Positions 9,566 through 18,365 of a stretch of DNA of 64,000 nucleotides are shown one piece after another (position 1 is the stretch's first letter; the number at the start of each line of letters is the position of its first letter). Position numbers and translations under genes: made by a program. This DNA comes from Terriglobia bacterium (GTDB lineage: Bacteria > Acidobacteriota > Terriglobia > JAIQFV01): assembly GCA_020073085.1 (NCBI GenBank), contig JAIQFV010000009.1, positions 60,162-124,161 on the forward strand. Direction: 5' to 3'. The notes under the pieces are model-generated. The model made no database searches. It saw only the letters and a program-made list of their open reading frames with translations, and was not told the origin of the DNA.

Positions 9566-12013
9566 ATGGATTCAATCCTGGCCGACATCCGGTACAGCCT
9601 GCGTCTGTTGTTCAAACACCCCGGCTTCACGGCCGTCGCCATTGCCACGCTGGCGCTGGGCATCGGAATCAACACCAGCATCTTCACTGTGTTCAACGCC
9701 CTTGCATTGCGCCCGCTTCCCGCGAAGGATCCCGGTAGTGTAGTGAGAATCTACGAGTCATTCGAGGATGGACCCCGATATGGATCCGCCTCCTACCCGG
9801 ACTTCATGGATTTCCGCGAACAAAACAATGTTCTCTCAGGGCTGGTTGCTTACACAGGAGCGGCGCTGCGGCTGGGCGAGAGCAGTGATCCCAACACCCC
9901 CACCGAATCGTTTCAGGGCACACTCGTCTCGGGAAATTTCTTTTCCGTCCTTGGAGTTGACGCGGTTGTTGGTCGAACTTTCATTCCGGAAGAGGATAAG
10001 ACACCCGGTTCGCATCCCGTGACGGTTTTGAGCTATGGTTTATGGCAAAGGAGGTTCGGTTCAGATCCCGGGGTGGTGGGAAAAACGCTGATTCTGAATT
10101 TCCATCCGTACACCGTGGTCGGGGTAGCTCCCAAGTGGTTCACCGGCTTGGAACCGACGGCCACGGATCTATGGATACCCCTGATGATGGAGGCTGAGGC
10201 GGTGCCCGGCGGCAACATCCTCAATAATCGCAATACCCATCGGCTCAAACTGGTGGGCCGGTTGAAACCCGGGGTGAGCCTGAAGCAGGCTGAAGCCCAA
10301 ATTTCAACCCTTGCCGCCCAACTCGATCGAACCGATGGCCAGCCTGTTGCCAAGACCAGAAAAGTCAGCGCGACGATCACCCCGAGCTCATTTCTGGATC
10401 CTACTGACCAAGCGAATGTTATTCCGGTCGCCATCCTTATGATGACTGCCGTCGGACTGGTCCTCCTCATCGCCTGTGCCAATCTCGCCAATCTGTTACT
10501 TTCGCGGGCCGCCTCACGGCAAAAAGAGATTGGAATCCGGCTGTCCTTGGGGGCCACCCGGGGCCGGCTGATCCGACAACTTTTGACCGAGAGCACCCTG
10601 CTTTCTCTGGGCGGGGGAATCACCGGACTTCTCCTTACTTTCTGGATTACGGACCTGCTCCTCAGGTTCGTCCATCCTCCGGGGGAGCTACCGCTCGCCA
10701 TCAATGTGAGCCCCGATGTCAATGTCTTCGTATACGCCCTGTTAATCTCCCTTGCGGCCGGAGTTGCGTTTGGCCTGCTCCCGTCCATGCAATCCACGAA
10801 GCTGAACCTCACATCGGCCTTAAAGGATGAAGGCACCCCCTTCGGACAACGGATCAGCCGCTCTCGACTGCGAAGTCTACTGGTGGGAGCACAGGTCGCG
10901 GTCTCCCTGGTCTTGTTGATCGGTGCCGGCTTGCTGGTGCGAGCGCTTCACAATGCCCAAACGACCGACCCGGGATTTGCCATGAAGGATGTCTTCGTTC
11001 TGTCCCCCGATCTGCGACTGCATGGCTACACCCCGGTCCGTGCTGCCGAATTTGACCGGGAACTTGTGGACAAGCTCCAATCCCTGCCGGGAGTCGAGTC
11101 CGTGGGGATGGCCTGGGTCATCCCCCTGGGCTCATCATTCTCCGATACCAATGTGGAGATCGAAGGCCACGAGACTCCTCCCGGGAAAAAATCGCCCATG
11201 GCCAATGTCAATTTTGTTTCCGGAAAATATTTTGATGCACTGGGCATTTCGATGGTTCATGGCCGAACTTTCACCGAACAGGAGATGGCGAAGGATTCGA
11301 AGGTTGCCCTTGTCAATGAATCGTTTGCACGACGCTTTTGGCCGGGAGAAGATCCCATTGGAAAACGGTTCAATTACGGCATTGAAATTGTTGGGGTCGT
11401 GAAGGACACCCGGAGCGTTTATCTCTGGTCATCGAGCGAGCCCATCGCGTATCGAACGGTCGAGCCGGATTTCCAGCCGGACATGAAATTCTTCGTTCGA
11501 ACTGACGGCAACTCAAAATACCTCTCGACGACGTTACCGGGGATTGTCGGAAGCATCGACGGCAGCGTACAGACTAATGTCAAAACGCTGGAAGATAATC
11601 TTCAGGGATGGCTGTGGCCCTCCCGCATGGGAGCGATGCTCTCCGCTGCACTCGGCCTGCTGGCCCTCTTGCTGGCCTCGGTGGGCATTTACGGCGTGAC
11701 CGCTTACGCGGTCAGCCAGCGGACCCACGAGATTGGCATTCGCCTGGCGCTGGGTGCGGAGCGGCGCGCTGTGCTTCACCTGGTTTTGAGGCAGGGAATG
11801 CGCCCGGTCATCGCAGGGATTGCCGCCGGCCTGGTGATTTCCATTGCGGCGACGAACCTGCTGGCAAAGTTCCTCTATGGGTTGAGCGCCGTTGATGTGG
11901 TGACGTTTGCCCTCGTGTCGGCGATTCTCGCGGCCGTGGCCGCGCTGGCGAATTACCTCCCTGCGCGTCGTGCGGCAAGAGTCAATCCGATGGTGGCGTT
12001 GCATTATGAGTAG
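9566..12013 (+). CDS. ABC transporter permease, duplicated FtsX (ADOP family)
   Basis: 815 aa. The N-terminus reads ILADIRYSLRLLFKHPGFT, with two FtsX blocks. The C-terminus ends PARRAARVNPMVALHYE. Confidence 0.85.
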   Translation: MDSILADIRYSLRLLFKHPGFTAVAIATLALGIGINTSIFTVFNALALRPLPAKDPGSVVRIYESFEDGPRYGSASYPDFMDFREQNNVLSGLVAYTGAALRLGESSDPNTPTESFQGTLVSGNFFSVLGVDAVVGRTFIPEEDKTPGSHPVTVLSYGLWQRRFGSDPGVVGKTLILNFHPYTVVGVAPKWFTGLEPTATDLWIPLMMEAEAVPGGNILNNRNTHRLKLVGRLKPGVSLKQAEAQISTLAAQLDRTDGQPVAKTRKVSATITPSSFLDPTDQANVIPVAILMMTAVGLVLLIACANLANLLLSRAASRQKEIGIRLSLGATRGRLIRQLLTESTLLSLGGGITGLLLTFWITDLLLRFVHPPGELPLAINVSPDVNVFVYALLISLAAGVAFGLLPSMQSTKLNLTSALKDEGTPFGQRISRSRLRSLLVGAQVAVSLVLLIGAGLLVRALHNAQTTDPGFAMKDVFVLSPDLRLHGYTPVRAAEFDRELVDKLQSLPGVESVGMAWVIPLGSSFSDTNVEIEGHETPPGKKSPMANVNFVSGKYFDALGISMVHGRTFTEQEMAKDSKVALVNESFARRFWPGEDPIGKRFNYGIEIVGVVKDTRSVYLWSSSEPIAYRTVEPDFQPDMKFFVRTDGNSKYLSTTLPGIVGSIDGSVQTNVKTLEDNLQGWLWPSRMGAMLSAALGLLALLLASVGIYGVTAYAVSQRTHEIGIRLALGAERRAVLHLVLRQGMRPVIAGIAAGLVISIAATNLLAKFLYGLSAVDVVTFALVSAILAAVAALANYLPARRAARVNPMVALHYE

Positions 12014-12112
12014 ATTGCGGATTTCGGATTGCGGATTTCGGATTACTCAACCCCAGCCGAGGGAATCTATCGCCCATCATTGCGGCATCCGAAATCCGCA
12101 ATCCACAATCTG
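12013..12112. repeat. Heptad-armed palindromic element, R class (GGATTGC arms)
   Basis: The arms are gattgcggatttcggattgcggatttcggatt ... ccgaaatccgcaatccacaatc. A paralog of the 5827-5912 element. Confidence 0.6.
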
Positions 12113-12226
12113 AAATTGGATTGGAACGTGGAGGGCATGAGAGATGCCCCTTCCACTCTTGATCACAGTGCCAAAACCCGGAGGCAGGCAAGAAACCTGC
12201 GCTCCAAACCTGACAAGGAGAATGTA

Positions 12227-12859
12227 ATGAAATCGAAGCTCATCGTCCTCGGCGTGTCAATCTTGACGCTGCTGCTATCGCTCCCCCGGCTCGTCCAGGC
12301 CCAGCCGAAGCAGCCCGCCATTGTCGCCTTTGGGAGCGACTCCCCGGAGCGGGGAACCACGCGCGTCGGGTACTGGAACACACAGAAGAACATGGGCACC
12401 GGCCAGTTTGCCGTCAATTACGGTCGTCCCGTGTGGAACAAGGATTATGAGGATCCCGCGAAGTTCGATCCCATGACCAAAGGCAAGACATGGCGGATGG
12501 GGAGCAACTTCTGGACGGTGCTCGACACGGATATGCCCCTCAAGATTTCCGGGAAGACCGTCCCCGCGGGGCTCTGGTATCTCGGCCTGCATCGGTCTGA
12601 GGACGGTAAGCAATGGAGTCTTGCGTTTATCGACCCGGTCAAGGCCCGGCGTGAACACGTTGATGCTTCGGAAATCGGCCGGGCGCCCACTGAATTCATG
12701 GTGCCGGTGACCATGGACCCTCCCGGCGATCTGAAAGAAAAGCTTGCAATCGACCTGGTTTTCAAGCGGCCCGATATTCAAAATGTCACTCTCAAAATTG
12801 CCTGGGGCACGCTCCGATTGAGCGCTCCGATCATCGTGCCGGTCCCAACCGGGAGCTAG
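12227..12859 (+). CDS. Hypothetical secreted protein
   Basis: An AAGGAGA SD lies 7 nt before the ATG. The N-terminus is a signal peptide (MKSKLIVLGVSILTLLLSLPRLVQAQ). The upstream in-frame extension to 12029 only reads through the R-class repeat. Confidence 0.6.
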   Translation: MKSKLIVLGVSILTLLLSLPRLVQAQPKQPAIVAFGSDSPERGTTRVGYWNTQKNMGTGQFAVNYGRPVWNKDYEDPAKFDPMTKGKTWRMGSNFWTVLDTDMPLKISGKTVPAGLWYLGLHRSEDGKQWSLAFIDPVKARREHVDASEIGRAPTEFMVPVTMDPPGDLKEKLAIDLVFKRPDIQNVTLKIAWGTLRLSAPIIVPVPTGS

Positions 12860-12896
12860 ATTACGAAGGCTGGGTTCGTGCTGAAACCTTGAATGA

Positions 12897-13033
12897 GGTG
12901 TCAGGTGCCGGGTGTCAGGTGTCAGAGTTCAAAGACATCACAGAATCTCGATGCTGCTTTTCTGATTACTGATTCGCTCGGCGGTTGGCAAAGACTATTG
13001 CATTAATCTGCCTGACACCCGACACCTGACACC
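12897..13033. repeat. Heptad-armed palindromic element, G class (GGTGTCA/GGTGCCG arms)
   Basis: The arms are ggtgtcaggtgccgggtgtcaggtgtcag ... cctgacacccgacacctgacacc. The right arm ends about 20 nt before the ADOP start codon. Confidence 0.65.
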
Positions 13034-13053
13034 TTTTTGACATGGATTGAAAA

Positions 13054-15606
13054 ATGGAAACCCTGTTTCAGGATCTTCGCTTCAGTCTTCGGATTCTGCT
13101 GAAGAATCCCGGCTTCACCCTGGTGGCGGTGCTGACCCTGGCCCTTGGCATCGGGGCCAACACCGCCATTTTCAGTGTTGTCAATGCGGTGCTGCTCCGG
13201 ACTCTCCCCGTCCCCCGTCCCCAGGAGTTGGTTGTTCTTGGAAACCCGGATGCCCATGGGATGAGTAATGGGAGCAGTTCGGGCGACCGGGACATTTTCT
13301 CCTATCACGAATTCGAACAGCTTCGCGATCAGAACCGGGTCTTCTCGAGCATCTTTGCTGCAGCGAGCTCCGTGAACTCCATGGACGGCTACTTCGACGA
13401 GACCGGGACGAGCGAACCTGCCGAGCCTGTCAAGGCCAGCCTTGTCAGTGGCGCTTTTTTCTCTGTGCTGGGTGCCAAGCCCATTCTCGGCCGGACCTTT
13501 ACACAGGAAGTCGACAGGGTCCCGGGAGTGAACCCGGTGGCAGTCATCAGCTATGATTTTTGGAGACGGCGGTATAGCCGGGATCCTTCCGTACTGGGAC
13601 GCACGGTCCGACTTCGTCAAACCACTTTTGAGATCATCGGGGTCACAGGTCCCGGATTTTTTGGTGAAACGGTCGGTGAATCGCCGGATTTGTGGGTGCC
13701 CTTGTCGATGCAAATGGCCGTGATCCCTGGAAAAAATCTCCTGGTCGATCCAAACAGCATCATGGAGAGAACCATCTGGATACAAATCATGGGGCGGCTA
13801 AGACCCGGGGTGAGTTTGGAACAAGCCAAGGCGAGCATCAACGTGACGTTTCAGCAGATGCTTCAAACGGATGCCAGTCCGAGCCTGACGGCAGACCAGC
13901 ACAAGGAGTGGATGGATCAACGAATTGCCCCGACGAGCGCCGCGAAAGGCGCATCGACGCTGCGGGGACGCTTTACCGATCCCCTCCGGATTTTGATGGG
14001 ATTGGTCGGACTCGTGCTTCTGATTGCCTGTGCCAATGTAGCCAACCTCCTGCTCTCGCGCGCGACCATGCGTCAGAAGGAAATTGCTATGCGGCTTGCA
14101 TTGGGTGCCCGGCCCTCCCGCCTGGTGCGACAGCTCCTGACCGAGAGTCTCCTGCTCGCGTTGGTGGGCGGAGGCGTCGGCCTTGTTCTCGCGCAATGGG
14201 CAAACAGTTTGCTGGTGCGCCTGGCGTCCGGCGGGCCGGACCTGATCTCGGTTGATCTTCATCCCGATGCTCGCATCCTGGGATTCACGCTTGCCCTCTC
14301 CATCCTCACCGGGGTCATGTTCGGATTGATCCCCTCGCTTCACTCGGCTCGGTTCGATTTGAACTCCATCCTCAAAGGCAGCGGCCGGGGTGCCACCGCT
14401 GACCGCGGCCGCAACCCCATCTCCAGAATGCCCGTGGGCAAGATCCTGGTCGTGGCGCAAGTGACCATATCTCTGCTGCTGCTGGTGGTGGCGGGACTTT
14501 TCGTGCGGAGTTTTCAAAAACTCGTGAACGTCGACCTCGGTTATAAACCTGACCGGTTCTTGTTGTTCCGAATCAACCCGCTTCAAAGCGGTTACCAAGG
14601 CGCCGCCCTGCTTCAGTTTCACCGGACCCTGCTGGAAAAAATCGCAGCAATTCCCGGCGTGCAGGGGGTGACCCTTTCGGAAAATGGTTTGTTCAGCCAC
14701 ACCGAGTCCGCCGACCCCATCTGGGTGGAGGGCTACACGCCGAAGACAGGCCCCGACAAGCATGCGCGATTCGATCAGGTGGGTCCCCGCTATTTTTCGA
14801 CGGTGGGCATCCCTGTGGTAGTGGGTCGTGATGTTGATCCGCACGATGGCGGAAATGGTCCGCGGGTCGGCTGGATCAATCAGACCATGGCCCGATTCTA
14901 TTTTCCAAATACGAATCCGCTGGGAAAACATGTCCGTGACGAGTATCCCGACAACCCCGGGGAATTTGAAATCGTGGGGGTCGTCGCCGATGCGAAGTAC
15001 AACAGCCTTCGGGAAAAGACGCCGCGACGGTTCTATGTCCCCTTTTTCCATCCGATCACCGAGGTGGCCGCCGCTAACTTCGAGATTCGCACCCGGGCAG
15101 AACCGGCGGCAGTCGCGGCTTCGCTCCGCGATCTGGTAAAGTCGTTGGATCGATCCCTCCCCACGCTGCATGTCCATACAATGACGGAACTGGTCGACCA
15201 ATCGTTGGCGCGGGAGCGCCTGATCACCAGTCTATCCGGATTATTTGGGACCCTGGCGGTGTTGCTCGCTTCCATTGGGCTTTACGCCGTCATGGCGTTT
15301 GCGGTGGCTCGAAGAACGAATGAGATCGGCATCCGCATGGCCCTGGGAGCGCAGCGCCGAAACGTCCTGGGGATTGTCATGCGGGAAACCTTGGTGCTGG
15401 TCCTGCTCGGGATCGGCATCGGACTGCCCGTGGTCTTTGCCACCACACGCCTGCTTTCACAACTGCTCTTTGGGCTGACGCCCGTCGACCCCGCCACAAT
15501 CTTGATGGCCACGGTGGGGATGATTTCAGTCGCTGCCCTGGCAGCCTATCTCCCGGCCCATCGGGCAAGCCGGGTGGATCCCATGGTGGCATTGCGATAT
15601 GAGTAG
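13054..15606 (+). CDS. ABC transporter permease, duplicated FtsX (ADOP family)
   Basis: 850 aa. Begins METLFQDLRFSLRILLKNPGFT. The C-terminus ends PAHRASRVDPMVALRYE. Confidence 0.9.
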   Translation: METLFQDLRFSLRILLKNPGFTLVAVLTLALGIGANTAIFSVVNAVLLRTLPVPRPQELVVLGNPDAHGMSNGSSSGDRDIFSYHEFEQLRDQNRVFSSIFAAASSVNSMDGYFDETGTSEPAEPVKASLVSGAFFSVLGAKPILGRTFTQEVDRVPGVNPVAVISYDFWRRRYSRDPSVLGRTVRLRQTTFEIIGVTGPGFFGETVGESPDLWVPLSMQMAVIPGKNLLVDPNSIMERTIWIQIMGRLRPGVSLEQAKASINVTFQQMLQTDASPSLTADQHKEWMDQRIAPTSAAKGASTLRGRFTDPLRILMGLVGLVLLIACANVANLLLSRATMRQKEIAMRLALGARPSRLVRQLLTESLLLALVGGGVGLVLAQWANSLLVRLASGGPDLISVDLHPDARILGFTLALSILTGVMFGLIPSLHSARFDLNSILKGSGRGATADRGRNPISRMPVGKILVVAQVTISLLLLVVAGLFVRSFQKLVNVDLGYKPDRFLLFRINPLQSGYQGAALLQFHRTLLEKIAAIPGVQGVTLSENGLFSHTESADPIWVEGYTPKTGPDKHARFDQVGPRYFSTVGIPVVVGRDVDPHDGGNGPRVGWINQTMARFYFPNTNPLGKHVRDEYPDNPGEFEIVGVVADAKYNSLREKTPRRFYVPFFHPITEVAAANFEIRTRAEPAAVAASLRDLVKSLDRSLPTLHVHTMTELVDQSLARERLITSLSGLFGTLAVLLASIGLYAVMAFAVARRTNEIGIRMALGAQRRNVLGIVMRETLVLVLLGIGIGLPVVFATTRLLSQLLFGLTPVDPATILMATVGMISVAALAAYLPAHRASRVDPMVALRYE

Positions 15607-15762
15607 GTGTCAGGGATCGGGTGTTAGGTGTCAGTTTGCCGGACTGGGGAATCCAAGAACACTTGCGACCGAAGCCAGAGGACAGAAGTCAGAAGAATCA
15701 AGAACCAATCGCTTACGTCGCTGACTCTCCACCCTGACACCTGACACCCGACACCTGGCACC
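15604..15762. repeat. Heptad-armed palindromic element, G class
   Basis: The arms are ggtgtcagggatcgggtgttaggtgtcag ... ccctgacacctgacacccgacacctggcacc. The core contains cagaagt/cagaaga heptads. Confidence 0.65.
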
Positions 15763-15775
15763 TTAAGGAACATCG

Positions 15776-18202
15776 ATGGAAACATTATTTCAAGATCTCC
15801 GGCACGGCCTTCGTTTACTGACGAAATCGCCCGGGTTCACCGTGGTCGCGGTGCTGACGCTCGCCCTGGGAATCGGCGCCAATACGGCCATTTTTAGCCT
15901 TGTCAATGCGTTCCTCCTGAAGCCCCTCGCATTCCCCCAGGAAAGTCAACTGATGGTCCTCACCGGCCAAACCCGCCAGGAGAAGCGAACCGGAATCTCC
16001 TATCCGGATTTTGAGGATTGGCGGAGGCAAAGCGGGTCTTTCTCCGCCCTTTCCACATGGATGACACAGAGTGTGAATCTGACCGGGGTGGAAGAGCCGC
16101 AGCGTGTGCGCGGCGGATTTGTCTCCGCCAATTTCTTCGATGTGTTGGGCATTAAGCCCGCGCAGGGCCGCGCCTTCCTCCCGGGAGAAGATCAGCCGGA
16201 GGGGGCGCGCGTCGTAGTGGTGAATTACGGCCTGTGGCAAACGCGCTTTGGGGCCGATCCGGGGTTTGTCGGAAAACAACTCACTCTCAATGGCGCAGTG
16301 TTTACGGTGGTGGGAATCCTCCCGCCATCCTTCGAGTTTCCGTTGGACAAGGATCGGGATGAAATCTGGATGCCCGTGTCCAGCTATCCCGACTTTTCTC
16401 GAGATCGCAGTGTCTCTAATCTCGTGGCGATCGGCCGCCTGAACCCAGCCACCACCCTTAGCCGGGCACAGGCGGAGATGAATACCATCGCGCAACGACT
16501 TGCGCAGGAGTACCCGGATATAGACGGGCAGCGCGGTGTGGTGGTCGCGCCCTTGCACGAAGTGGCTGTGGAAGAGGTGCGAACCTCCCTCCTGGTGCTG
16601 TTCGCCGCCGTGGGCTTTGTCCTGCTGATCGCGTGCGCCAATGTGTCAAACCTGATGCTTGCCCGAGCGTCCGGGAGACGGAAGGAACTAGCTCTGCGTT
16701 CCGCCCTGGGCGCCAGCCGTGGTCGATTGATCCTGCAGATGATCACGGAAAGCGCCCTGTTGTGGCTGGCAGGAGGGGCACTCGGCCTCCTGGTGGGCGA
16801 TTGGGCTCTACAGGCTATTCAGGCGTCGGCGCCCTTGGCTTTTCCCCCCGGCCTTGTCCCTCGCCTGGACGGAGTGGTCTTCGGGTTTACATTGTTGGTG
16901 GCGGTCGTGACCGGATTCCTTTCGGCGCTTGCTCCCGCGCTTCAGTTCTCCCGGCCGGATTTGAACAACACCCTCAAAGAGGGTGGGAGAATCTCAGGCG
17001 AAGGATCAGGTCAAGGATGGTCGCAGAAGCTGCTCCTGGTATCGCAGGTCGCACTTTCGTTGGTGCTTCTGGCCGGCGCAGGCCTGATGCTGAAGACGGT
17101 CCTCCGGCTCTCGGACATCAGTCCGGGGTTTCGCCCGGAGGATCTTCTGACCCTGGAGTACCGTCTACCTGACACGAAATACCCCGAGCCCGCACAACAA
17201 TGGAATTTCCACCGTGAGGTGGTCGACCGCGTGAGCGGGCTTTCGGGTGTGCGGTCGGCCTCGGTCTCCCTGGGAATCCCATTCAGTGGAAACATCGGCT
17301 CGGATCCGATGGTTTTGCTGGATCGCCCGGAACCTCCTCCAGGGGAAGAACCGATCGCGGAAACCAACCTGGTCGATACCCATTACTTCAAAACCATGGA
17401 AATCCCGCTCCTCGAAGGACGGTTGTTCTCCGACCAGGATCGGGCCGGAACACCTCGCGTCGCGATCATCAACCAGAACATGGCGCGGCGCTATTGGCCG
17501 GGACGTGATCCGTTGGGAAGCCAAATCCGGGTGCGCGATGAGTTGGCGCTCGTGGGGAGTGGACCGTCGACGATCATCGGCGTCGCCGGCAACGTGAAGC
17601 AGGAGGACCTGGAGGACCCGGCAAGCGCGCAAATCTATTTTGCCTTCCAACAGAACCCGTTCAAGTTCGCCACCCTGACCGTTCGGACACAGGGCGATCC
17701 CATGCTGTTTGCCAACACAGTTCGTCGGGCGGTGTGGTCAGTGGACAAGGACCAGCCCATGTGGAAGGTACGTTCCCTCGAATCGATGCTTGACCGCTCT
17801 CTTCGCGCGCGGCGGTACTTGATGTTCTTGCTCGGTATTTACGCAACCCTGGCGCTTGGGTTGGCAACGCTCGGGATTTACGGAGTACTTTCTTACGCGG
17901 TGAACCAGCGCTTCCAGGAAATCGGCGTGCGGATGGCTTTGGGGGCACAAACCGGAGATGTATTTCGTCTGGTCATTCGAGAGGGGATGCAATTGGTGCT
18001 TGCCGGCCTGGGGATCGGACTCGCCGGCGCCTTTGCTCTGACGCGATTGATGGCAGGATTGTTGTTCGGGGTGACGCCCACCGACCCATCAACGATGGCC
18101 GCCGTGTCAGCACTTCTGACGGGAGTGGCATTCCTGGGATGCTATTTGCCGGCGCGCCGGGCAACCCGCGTCGATCCGATGGCCGCACTGAGATGCGAGT
18201 AG
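15776..18202 (+). CDS. ABC transporter permease, duplicated FtsX (ADOP family)
   Basis: 808 aa. Begins METLFQDLRHGLRLLTKSPGFT. The C-terminus ends PARRATRVDPMAALRCE. Confidence 0.9.
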   Translation: METLFQDLRHGLRLLTKSPGFTVVAVLTLALGIGANTAIFSLVNAFLLKPLAFPQESQLMVLTGQTRQEKRTGISYPDFEDWRRQSGSFSALSTWMTQSVNLTGVEEPQRVRGGFVSANFFDVLGIKPAQGRAFLPGEDQPEGARVVVVNYGLWQTRFGADPGFVGKQLTLNGAVFTVVGILPPSFEFPLDKDRDEIWMPVSSYPDFSRDRSVSNLVAIGRLNPATTLSRAQAEMNTIAQRLAQEYPDIDGQRGVVVAPLHEVAVEEVRTSLLVLFAAVGFVLLIACANVSNLMLARASGRRKELALRSALGASRGRLILQMITESALLWLAGGALGLLVGDWALQAIQASAPLAFPPGLVPRLDGVVFGFTLLVAVVTGFLSALAPALQFSRPDLNNTLKEGGRISGEGSGQGWSQKLLLVSQVALSLVLLAGAGLMLKTVLRLSDISPGFRPEDLLTLEYRLPDTKYPEPAQQWNFHREVVDRVSGLSGVRSASVSLGIPFSGNIGSDPMVLLDRPEPPPGEEPIAETNLVDTHYFKTMEIPLLEGRLFSDQDRAGTPRVAIINQNMARRYWPGRDPLGSQIRVRDELALVGSGPSTIIGVAGNVKQEDLEDPASAQIYFAFQQNPFKFATLTVRTQGDPMLFANTVRRAVWSVDKDQPMWKVRSLESMLDRSLRARRYLMFLLGIYATLALGLATLGIYGVLSYAVNQRFQEIGVRMALGAQTGDVFRLVIREGMQLVLAGLGIGLAGAFALTRLMAGLLFGVTPTDPSTMAAVSALLTGVAFLGCYLPARRATRVDPMAALRCE

Positions 18203-18346
18203 GTGTCAGGTGCCGGGTGTCAGGTGTCGGGTGCCAGAAAACCGAATTACTCTGTTCTTTTACTTGTCTGCCGTTACCTCAAAGGACAGGCATTCCAAGA
18301 ACTGTGGGACTCTTCGCCCTGGCACCTGACACCCGACACCTGATAC
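18201..18346. repeat. Heptad-armed palindromic element, G class
   Basis: The arms are aggtgtcaggtgccgggtgtcaggtgtcgggtgccag ... ggcacctgacacccgacacctgatacc. Confidence 0.65.
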
Positions 18347-18365
18347 CTTATCGAAAAAAGGAAAA

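Noticed and set aside
12029-12226. 66-codon upstream extension of the secreted-protein ORF
   Set aside because: It reads through the R-class palindrome (RISDYSTPAEG..). A strong SD and a signal peptide begin at 12227.
13798-15201. 467-aa minus-strand ORF
   Set aside because: It is fully contained antisense within the ADOP gene 13054-15606. It has a low-complexity His/Arg/Gln-rich translation typical of high-GC shadow ORFs. Many other antisense ORFs inside ADOP and regulator genes were rejected for the same reason, for example 15815-16558, 20564-21238, 10033-10836, 57967-58587 and 62597-63211.
15732-15762. TGGCAC strings inside the G-class arms as sigma-54 -24 elements
   Set aside because: None is followed by TTGC(A/T) at the required spacing of four or five nt; for example TGGCAC is followed by nine nt before TTGCG at 35682. 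They are simply part of the GGTGCCA heptads.
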